The notes under the pieces: generated by a model
Seen by the model: the letters and a program-made list of their open reading frames with translations, nothing else
What the model was told of the DNA's origin: nothing
The model's database searches: none
Shown: positions 57,601 to 64,000 of the stretch, piece after piece
Layout: each line of letters opens with the position of its first letter
How positions within the stretch are numbered: position 1 is the first letter of the stretch
DNA from: Rhizobiaceae bacterium
GTDB taxonomy: Bacteria > Pseudomonadota > Alphaproteobacteria > Rhizobiales > Rhizobiaceae
NCBI GenBank assembly: GCA_965248135.1
Contig: CBDFIN010000007.1
Coordinates: forward strand, 126,386-190,385
DNA: 64,000 bases
Direction of reading: 5' to 3'
Position numbers and translations under genes: made by a program

Positions 57601-57886
57601 TGGTGAAGATGTAGAGGTTCAAGATGATACAAATTTGGGTATGGACAATGACAAGACCGTCATGATCAGGCCTGGATTAATCTCAACCATTGGTGGCCTA
57701 GATCGGTATTATCAAGGAAGCGAGGCAGGCGAACTTGATGAGAAATTGAGTGAGTATCTAATACAAGTTCTTGATGGCAGTGGTAATGAGCACTGGAATA
57801 GAAATACAGCTCTTGGATATGCCAAAGAAGTGAAAGGGCATTTGAAAGTTTATCTAAAACTGGGGCTGGAAAAAGACGGGGAATGA
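54686..57886 (+). CDS. Large ParA/MinD-clade ATPase with a variant Walker A (KGGGGRT) and a long helical-repeat C-terminal region (1066 aa)
   Basis: VVNLVSHKGGGGRTTVAVSLAEILAVQGKNVLLIDMDFEAPGI. A Walker B-like strand VDYVIIDLRPGDD lies at about residues 261-273. The C-terminal region of about 550 aa is helical and TPR-like by eye. The RBS GAGGGA precedes the ATG. Confidence 0.75.
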   Translation: MQRPFVVNLVSHKGGGGRTTVAVSLAEILAVQGKNVLLIDMDFEAPGIPLFTNRWNTEKLKSIMDFQPENLVCIADISPAKPGQKPISEKNNVGSTRCRIPGSVDCLQMTLEHIREGLPDISDANIKWNQSVVSDILQTFRENDSIGKIEVQVQKQMRDYIYEYIPNSKKEISGSQPTKLPARIFLLPSGGCYFRKSKETIRWEYSGTNYYILDSMSSDETARSKIAQPWLPREFVFNGVNLTATLVNAAVYQLDKINASVDYVIIDLRPGDDVVTGANFSASDGVTYTSAASRGAMNGIIEDIKIHKDAYLPQKEGERNDRVPKIFGCFIDKLSFEARKDSRNYAQENVDDLGYPDVFDIVSEKDDCLKNIGKIDSIGRTMQVACHHAYGTLNQIPLFPWNNADTKDKAFDVVGSVDTIWSTLGLKKFRPASLLPLPLDNYTLTVQERTFELTDWSKRVAFWSDNSVLQNDPIGAGANCIALVSAEYRDSFSDPQTVPIRYFQGDFKGDWIWRMANALGLKCTDGNESGDTAKKIMSVLDKAPQSIKELDGELSSGAVLDSYYFVLGKLVNLIAQDSNEKSEYETILQLCDAAISAFECRESHLKYDGLKINLKILQANTYFKLATIEFDLYELNNARDHFKRGLKLFTEVREISNTSGDSLLKLDADKYENLRKDADTENVLFFLNYFITENEAKATELMGKTDNSLVISLVDWFEPLLKLWSKPDSVPKRLEIWIEDYNLSDIAFFLAATGSTPLKNLSDKLFKALTSALDNNWATLQFSIRAHMLPCYLHNAWAGLAFSRDKPNDVLSRRLDDIYRQTNAFGGLKNRAKLQNWAGIANLELAKVMFLDNSIDAATEFSRRAASLLLRSAINDHDISAWFLLAIARTVTRRCLEERVGNSADSKDKEILLKRILIVRRDAFYAYEQWHALASADVTRDDNQDHFNPEKCTMKFLDEGKAKSNKTALALFGEDVEVQDDTNLGMDNDKTVMIRPGLISTIGGLDRYYQGSEAGELDEKLSEYLIQVLDGSGNEHWNRNTALGYAKEVKGHLKVYLKLGLEKDGE

Positions 57887-57950
57887 ATTGGCACCATGAG
57901 CGCATATTCACTGGCCAAGAAAATGGTCCAATGGAGGTTAAGAACTTAAA

Positions 57951-60092
57951 GTGACGCTTTTTATTTCGTTTTACTCTTTTAAGGGTGGTGTCGGTCGCAC
58001 CAGCGCGATGATGAATGTCGCACGCCATCTGGCGGAACGAAAAAAGAAAGTACTGGTGGTCGATGCGGACGTTGCCGCGCCGGGTATTGATGTATTCGAA
58101 ATTCTGGACCGTTCAATGGTTGATTTTCCTAGTTACAGCCCCTACCGGCGGGAAATTTATCATCAGCTAAATGAGCTTGCTCAAGGTACCGATAATGCAA
58201 ATGACCAACATATCTGGAAGACCGGGGTTTTAGAAAAACTGGACGAAAAAAGCGAGAATGAAGAACTTACTAACAGAGAACTTATTCAAAAAATTCTTGG
58301 AATTGCCGATGAAAATTCCAAGCCTGCCAATCATTCTGAAAGTTCCCAGCCGGTAAACTGGATGGAGGTTGATAAATTTGTCGAAGCCAACAGCAAGCCC
58401 GCTAAATTGTTGGCCTTGAAAGAGGAAAATACCGGATTTGTTGAGTATCTTAATACATTGAGCGGAGGTAATGATCCGGATTTAAGTTGTATAAAAAACA
58501 TCGCTGCAAAAACGGTTATGCACGCCGATATCAAGATGATGCGTGCCGGCGCTTATGAGGACAACAAAGAGTATGAAAAAATCCAAAATGAGTTGATAAC
58601 GCGGCTGAATGAATTGGCAGAAGACCGCGATGATGATAGCGGCATCAGCAAAAACCTAATTAAACTGGCCAGGGAATTTCATCAGGAAGTTAATGACAAG
58701 ATTAAAGCTGACTATGTTCTGATCGATTGCCGACCTGGCCGGGACATTATAACCCAGTTTTGCGTCAATTATCTGGCTGAGATCAATGTATTGATGTTTA
58801 ACCTTAATCCCTGGAATTTCAGTGGCATCCAGACCACTTACAGCGAGTTGGTTAAATTTCACAAGGAAATTAAGAAAGATCCGAAAAAATACTCCGGTGC
58901 CCATCCTGAAATTCGGATTTTGCTCGCTGCGTCACCTGTTCCCCGTTATGCCAAAAATTCAGACCTCTATGCGGGCCAGATACAAAATGTGAACAACACA
59001 ATGAGTTATGCCAAGAATATTCAAGGCAAGGGTGGCAGCGTCGTTGAGGTGCCTTTTTCAGATATTTTGTTGCTGCGTGACATAATTATTTTTGATTACG
59101 ATCAGTCAGATCTGGCAAACACAGCTTACAGTGAGTTGGCTGACCTGATTATCGCAGAAAACACCGGTGATGTGCAAAACATCGTTCAGCGCGTACTTTC
59201 CGGTCATCAAAATAAACAGGAACAAATAGAACAACTAAAGGTACTGGCGTCATTAAACTTGAACAGCCCCATCGTCGCTTTGGAACTGGCCAAATTACAA
59301 ATGGATGGCGCGGACTATAATGATAGCATTGATTCACTTTGCATAGCCGGTGAGCGCGAGAATATTAAAATTGGGGAACTTACGGATAGCCGTTCTGCGG
59401 ATGATGAGTCAGAAATTTGGAATTCAGGATTTACCGCCGAAATTCGAATTAATCTTGCCGAGGTATTCCACAAGAAATCAGAGGAAGGCGATAAACCCGA
59501 ACCAGAGGATTCAGAACTGAAGCCCAAAACACTAGAGCTCAAAACCACGTGTGACATAATTTGCCTCCATAAAAAGATTATTAGTGACAGAAAAGGTTCA
59601 GGAGAATTTGCGAAAACTGACGGAGAGTATCCGGATTTCGATACCGTTTTCACATTCGACCCAAGCTGTGGCGATAAATCGGTTGAAGAGTTTTCTGATC
59701 GCGTGGCAAAAAGATGGAGTGACGATGTTTTTCGTAAAAAACTCGATGATACTGCTACCCAGGAGACTGGCGATGAAGTTTTGGAAACCGACAATTTGAA
59801 AAAGGGAGAAACCGAACTTATGCACGCTCTGGCGCTGATGTTTCACCTCAAGGCTTGCAGGCTGCAACAAACAATAGCGCCGTCTGGCAAGAAAATTTAC
59901 GATTCCGATTCAGGAAGCCAGTCGAACGATAATTTTGAACGACTGGGCTGCTATGCCATAGCTGCCGAAAATATGAGCCAAATGGCATTTGATCTGGACA
60001 AGCAAAATGCAAAATTCGCCAAATCACTGGCAAAAATGTCCCGCACCCGGTCCAGTGCCGAAAGCTTGATCACTTTCAGAAAGAAAGATTGA
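57951..60092 (+). CDS. Paralogous ParA/MinD-clade ATPase with a KGGVGR variant Walker A and a helical C-terminal region (713 aa)
   Basis: FISFYSFKGGVGRTSAMMNVARHLAERKKKVLVVDADVAAPGI. A Walker B-like strand ADYVLIDCRPGRD lies at about residues 253-265. The start is GTG, with GGAGG upstream. Confidence 0.75.
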   Translation: MTLFISFYSFKGGVGRTSAMMNVARHLAERKKKVLVVDADVAAPGIDVFEILDRSMVDFPSYSPYRREIYHQLNELAQGTDNANDQHIWKTGVLEKLDEKSENEELTNRELIQKILGIADENSKPANHSESSQPVNWMEVDKFVEANSKPAKLLALKEENTGFVEYLNTLSGGNDPDLSCIKNIAAKTVMHADIKMMRAGAYEDNKEYEKIQNELITRLNELAEDRDDDSGISKNLIKLAREFHQEVNDKIKADYVLIDCRPGRDIITQFCVNYLAEINVLMFNLNPWNFSGIQTTYSELVKFHKEIKKDPKKYSGAHPEIRILLAASPVPRYAKNSDLYAGQIQNVNNTMSYAKNIQGKGGSVVEVPFSDILLLRDIIIFDYDQSDLANTAYSELADLIIAENTGDVQNIVQRVLSGHQNKQEQIEQLKVLASLNLNSPIVALELAKLQMDGADYNDSIDSLCIAGERENIKIGELTDSRSADDESEIWNSGFTAEIRINLAEVFHKKSEEGDKPEPEDSELKPKTLELKTTCDIICLHKKIISDRKGSGEFAKTDGEYPDFDTVFTFDPSCGDKSVEEFSDRVAKRWSDDVFRKKLDDTATQETGDEVLETDNLKKGETELMHALALMFHLKACRLQQTIAPSGKKIYDSDSGSQSNDNFERLGCYAIAAENMSQMAFDLDKQNAKFAKSLAKMSRTRSSAESLITFRKKD

Positions 60093-61078
60093 GGGAGATG
60101 GCATTTCCTATTTGCGAACATAAAGAATTTATTGCCAAGAACCAACCGCTTCATGATCGATTGAAGGATGCGCTGGAGCAAAATCCACTGGACTATGACC
60201 TGCTCAAGGATCGCGCCTATTCGTTTGTTGCCCGGGGTCTGGCATTTTTATGGCGCGCCGGTAATAGTAGTGACCAATCGGATAACAAATGGTTTCTGGC
60301 TCACTATCCGCTCCGGAATGAAATACCATTCATTGTTTGTTCGCAAAACGAAGCAAGACAAATCAATGCCGAAGGCGAGGTTGAAGCAAGCACTGCTCTC
60401 GGTGAACTGGAAAAAGCCATCGATGTATTTGAAAGAATGCATGAAAGAGATTCCTCACTTTCCGATGGAAAGATGGGACAGGGCCTGTGTACTTTGATTA
60501 TTGCCATCAAACTGAAAGCCGGTGGCGGATCAAGTCGTGATTACATAACAAAGCTTGAAGAGGCAGCCGCTGCCTTTGACGATGCGCGACTGGCGGGTGA
60601 ACGGGCCGGCCCCGCCTATCTATATGGTGCCCTGACCCATTTCTTGCTTCTAGCAACGCAGGAAATTCAATCCCATTTCAAATTCCGTTCCGCCGAAGAC
60701 TGGGAGAAACTATACGCCTATCATGCTCGAAAGCGTCAGGCTTTTTACAGACTGGAACATTTTATCGATCAGTTTCTTGAAGATATTATTGAAGGTTGTG
60801 ATGATGTCCAAATTGCGGGTGACGGGAAAGTCTGTAATTTGAAAGAAGCAAGAAGTGGTGAAAAGCCTTTGGGTTTTTATTTCGATCCCGTGGATGTAGT
60901 CAAAATACTACCAAACCCCATTTATGCAATCGGCTCCCTCGAAAAGAAGCTCGCATTGATGCCGATTTGCAAGTCTTTTCTAGGAGCGAAAGAATTTGTG
61001 GCTGACGGAGAAAAAATTGACGAAATTATTGCAAAGCAGGCTCGGAATTTGTTGGAGGACCATTGTGTTGCCGATTGA
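60089..61078 (+). CDS. Hypothetical all-helical protein (329 aa), overlapping the stop of the preceding ATPase gene
   Basis: The TTG at 60089 overlaps the TGA stop at 60090-60092. An alternative ATG is at 60098. No motif was recognised. Confidence 0.55.
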   Translation: MREMAFPICEHKEFIAKNQPLHDRLKDALEQNPLDYDLLKDRAYSFVARGLAFLWRAGNSSDQSDNKWFLAHYPLRNEIPFIVCSQNEARQINAEGEVEASTALGELEKAIDVFERMHERDSSLSDGKMGQGLCTLIIAIKLKAGGGSSRDYITKLEEAAAAFDDARLAGERAGPAYLYGALTHFLLLATQEIQSHFKFRSAEDWEKLYAYHARKRQAFYRLEHFIDQFLEDIIEGCDDVQIAGDGKVCNLKEARSGEKPLGFYFDPVDVVKILPNPIYAIGSLEKKLALMPICKSFLGAKEFVADGEKIDEIIAKQARNLLEDHCVAD

Positions 61079-61204
61079 CGAGCTCTTGTCCGCTACCCCC
61101 CTCAATGTTAACTATAATTTGAACTTAATCTGCCACGGATTAGACCTGCCCCGCGATAAAGGTCAAGATACTGCAAATGCAAGCGTCATTTACCGGATTA
61201 TGTT

Positions 61205-63955
61205 ATGCCTGATTTAATGAGAATCAGCATATTTAGCAGCATTTTTACTGGAAATCGGTTGTTTAACCTGTTTGCGTTTCTTTCATTTGCCGCCGCATTT
61301 TCCCTACGCATTGGCAGGGATATTGCCCTGTTTACTTCTCTGTTTGCGTACGGAATTTGGGAGCAAGAGTTAGGTCTGAAAGGGGGGGCTGCCATATTGG
61401 GCATCAGTTTTGTCATCAACGCATTTCTGATGACCTGGTTCGCCGGAAAATTCGAAAGTTGGATTGAGACAACAGCACCCGAAACCATATCGACTTTTCT
61501 GCTTGTTCTCGTTGCTGTTGCAGCACTCCTGTTCGGCGTTTCGCTTGATCTTGTTGCCGGATGGGGCCGGTTACCATGGCTTGCGCTTGCTATTTTTGTT
61601 CTGTCGGAAATTGCCATATTTTTGTTCATGAATATGATCTGGATATTTGCAGGACCAAGATTTACAGAGGTTGCCCAGCGCTCGGTTTTTCCAAAAATAT
61701 CCGGCTGGGGATATATCGGCATACTGCTTCCCGTTCTGCTGGGAGGCATGGAACTCGTGTTGTTAGAAATCGCCAATGCTTCCCATCTATTCTATTTTTC
61801 CGCACTGTTAACATTGCTGGCAATCCTGCTGTTGCCGCTCATCAAATCATACCCTTTGATCTCAGAGAATGATGATGAATTTTCAATAGCGCAATCTCCC
61901 GACAACGATGATGAAAGTTTGAGTCTGGGCGATAATTTGGCTTGGGCCTGGCGTAACAGGTACTTGCGATTGTTCATTCTTACCACGATTATGAATTTCA
62001 GTCTGCTGGCGATATTTGATCAGGCGCTTGCAAGTTCTGCATCTGCCATGAAAATAAATTCAAAGGACCTGTTATTTTACCTCATCGGCGCCACCGGGCT
62101 TTTTGCGACAATTGCAGCTATTGTTCAATTTACAGGATTTAGGAGGTGGTTGGACAGATTTGGCGCAGAGAAATTAAATCTGGGCGCACCTTCATCTATG
62201 ATTATCGGGGCGCTAATTTCGGCGGTCGGTTTGACCGGTTGGTTGACTGGAAATTTGCCGCCAATGGAACGAATTTTGTGGTTCGCTGTGACCGCGAGGG
62301 TTTTTGGCTGGATCGCCGAGTTTTTGTTCAACCAGTCCTTGTTGCCCTATATTTACGGCGCCTTGCCATCTGACGTGGAAAATCGCGGTCGGCTGGTTGT
62401 TGAAGGCCCTATAACGGCAATAACCAATGGGGCAATCGGGGCGCTACTCTTGCTTTATGTCTGGATTTTTGATGGCAAAGCAACAAGCTCGGATGGAAGT
62501 GCCGTCATGATGTTTGATTTTATGGCGCTGCTGGCAATCGTGTTTGCAATCATCATGTTTATTTGGTCAATCTATATGATAGGTGAATATAAACAGGTTC
62601 TGCTTGAAAGGTTGACCTCCGGCGAGGTGATTTCTGGGCTGGACAAGCGATCCATGCAGCTTATCAACAGCTTGCGCCGCACAGCCGAGACAATTGGCAG
62701 ACCAACAGTCCCGAATAAATTTCAATCGAAAATTTTGTCGGATTTGTTGAAAGAGAACCTTGATGACCCGGGTCTATCGGCAACATTTGTCACTGAGCTC
62801 CATAGTCTGTCAACACCAACCGAAAACGAACTGGAAGAAATCTGTATCATTGCCACCCGCTTGGGGGTTTTGGAAAGGCTCGGCGAACCCCTGACCCGAT
62901 GGCTGGAGAATACAACAGAAGAGAATTTTGTCAGTATTGCCCAGATACTGGTTCCCTCGGGGTTTGACGGGGGAATTATTATTCATGAATCTTTGTTGAA
63001 CCGTCAGGCAAGTTCCGGATTAAAGCTGAGTCGTGCAAAATTGCTCGAGTGTTCTGCATTATTGGGCAGCGAGAAATGGGGCAAAGCCGCTATTGATGGT
63101 TTTTGGGAAGAAAAAGATTACCCCGATATTATCAGTTCAATTACCAATCCGGCGCGCTTGTCAGCTCTAAAATTCTCGGAGCCCGCCCTGCAGTTTGACC
63201 TGTTTTTGATTGGTCTTGCCCGTCTTTCATCCGAGCGTAGCGCAATGATTGAAGCATGTTCAAAAATGGCAACCGAAAATATCTGGTTGAGAGAATTTCT
63301 GCTTCGCTTGCTGTTTGTCCCTGCTGAACATGTCCCGTCAATGTTCAAAACCGCCCGACTTATGTCTCCATTAGTGTTGGCAAAAATTCACAGTCAAAAG
63401 ACAGCTGGCAAGATTGATTATGCCTCAAAAAATGCGACTATTGTTGAAAATCGAGAGAAAGCACGACCAACAGAAAAAGGTCGCCCGAACGAAATCCAAA
63501 AATTTATCACCACAATAAGCAAATTGGAGGATGTAGATGATTTTCGGGGCGAAGGTGCATACAGTATATTGATATCTAATGATAAATTGGCAGCCGACCC
63601 GGTTTTATTCGCGAACGCACTCAGCATGTTGTGTGACCAGCAGGCAAAACAGCAAATATCAGCAATTGACTTTAACACTGGATTGGACCGTTGGCGTAGC
63701 GAAGCCGCAAAACCTCAATCGAACATCGGGAAAAAATACCTAACCAGAGCCAGAATATATTTGGAAGGGCTGAAAAACCACGAGGCATTTCGCGACCTTC
63801 CGGACGTTCCGGAGCTTGCCGTGCAACTGTATTCGGGCGGAAGCCAGGCTGACCGGATTCAGGCACGTCTTGAGCAATTGATGTCCCGCATTGAAGCAAC
63901 CGTTCTCACCCAGGATATCAGAGAACTAGCGAACAGAATTTCCACAACTGCGTAA
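61205..63955 (+). CDS. Polytopic membrane protein (about 12 hydrophobic segments, 6+6) fused to a soluble helical C-terminal domain of about 450 aa
   Basis: The hydrophobic segments occupy about residues 15-460, with an acidic central loop SENDDEFSIAQSPDNDDESLSLGDN. The general look is MFS/nucleotide-transporter-like (weak). The C-terminal half is helical-repeat-like. Confidence 0.65.
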   Translation: MPDLMRISIFSSIFTGNRLFNLFAFLSFAAAFSLRIGRDIALFTSLFAYGIWEQELGLKGGAAILGISFVINAFLMTWFAGKFESWIETTAPETISTFLLVLVAVAALLFGVSLDLVAGWGRLPWLALAIFVLSEIAIFLFMNMIWIFAGPRFTEVAQRSVFPKISGWGYIGILLPVLLGGMELVLLEIANASHLFYFSALLTLLAILLLPLIKSYPLISENDDEFSIAQSPDNDDESLSLGDNLAWAWRNRYLRLFILTTIMNFSLLAIFDQALASSASAMKINSKDLLFYLIGATGLFATIAAIVQFTGFRRWLDRFGAEKLNLGAPSSMIIGALISAVGLTGWLTGNLPPMERILWFAVTARVFGWIAEFLFNQSLLPYIYGALPSDVENRGRLVVEGPITAITNGAIGALLLLYVWIFDGKATSSDGSAVMMFDFMALLAIVFAIIMFIWSIYMIGEYKQVLLERLTSGEVISGLDKRSMQLINSLRRTAETIGRPTVPNKFQSKILSDLLKENLDDPGLSATFVTELHSLSTPTENELEEICIIATRLGVLERLGEPLTRWLENTTEENFVSIAQILVPSGFDGGIIIHESLLNRQASSGLKLSRAKLLECSALLGSEKWGKAAIDGFWEEKDYPDIISSITNPARLSALKFSEPALQFDLFLIGLARLSSERSAMIEACSKMATENIWLREFLLRLLFVPAEHVPSMFKTARLMSPLVLAKIHSQKTAGKIDYASKNATIVENREKARPTEKGRPNEIQKFITTISKLEDVDDFRGEGAYSILISNDKLAADPVLFANALSMLCDQQAKQQISAIDFNTGLDRWRSEAAKPQSNIGKKYLTRARIYLEGLKNHEAFRDLPDVPELAVQLYSGGSQADRIQARLEQLMSRIEATVLTQDIRELANRISTTA

Positions 63956-64000
63956 TAAAACCGGAGCACGATCAATGGCAACACTTGCTGGAAGCAGAGG

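Noticed and set aside
59315-59794. A 159-aa Ser-rich ORF antisense to the 713-aa ATPase gene. Similar antisense ORFs are 61198-61776 and 53905-54315.
   Set aside because: They have low-complexity antisense translations inside long, well-supported sense ORFs, with no independent start signals.
54686-60092. The idea that the two ParA-like proteins are simply the partition ATPases of the island.
   Set aside because: They are three to five times the size of ParA. Both carry an Arg-substituted P-loop, a large insert and long helical tails, and they have no adjacent centromere-binding partner. The island already encodes a canonical 197-aa ParA with an RHH partner.

Overview
The window looks alphaproteobacterial in gene content and splits into three parts. 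(1) 1-7.7 kb is an ordinary catabolic/transport locus. It holds an AapJQMP-like amino-acid ABC transporter, a BetC-like choline sulfatase, a DHDPS/NAL-family lyase, the first codons of an FAD oxidoreductase, and a divergent GntR regulator. (2) 7.9-11.4 kb carries an IS21 transposase fragment and a 1015-aa STAND P-loop NTPase whose C-terminus is 11 near-identical 42-aa TPR units (126-bp DNA period). (3) A tRNA-Phe (11791-11865) followed by a tyrosine integrase opens a mosaic integrative/plasmid-like island of more than 52 kb that runs off the right edge. The island carries ParA + RHH and ParB-like partition genes, a MobF/TrwC relaxase-helicase, a coupling-protein gene cleanly split by an IS30 element, and a RepA-like initiator followed by seven 19-bp iterons. 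It also holds two toxin-antitoxin pairs (Xre-RES, BrnT/BrnA), a Mrr-nuclease/STAND-type NTPase fusion, an orphan B12-binding radical SAM enzyme, and many IS elements or remnants (two near-identical IS30 copies, IS3/IS407, IS630, ISAs1, an internally deleted IS30, an IS481-like remnant). No mating-pair (T4SS) genes are visible. The most interesting region is 52.6-64 kb, a tightly packed same-strand five-gene cassette next to an IS remnant. It encodes a CYTH + dGTPase-like HD fusion, two large paralogous ParA/MinD-like ATPases with a KGGxGR variant Walker A and long helical tails, a 329-aa helical protein, and a 916-aa protein with about 12 hydrophobic segments plus a soluble helical domain. I cannot assign it to any characterised system, so I flag it as a candidate novel conflict/defence module. 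All functional calls rest on motifs read from the translations. No database search was possible.
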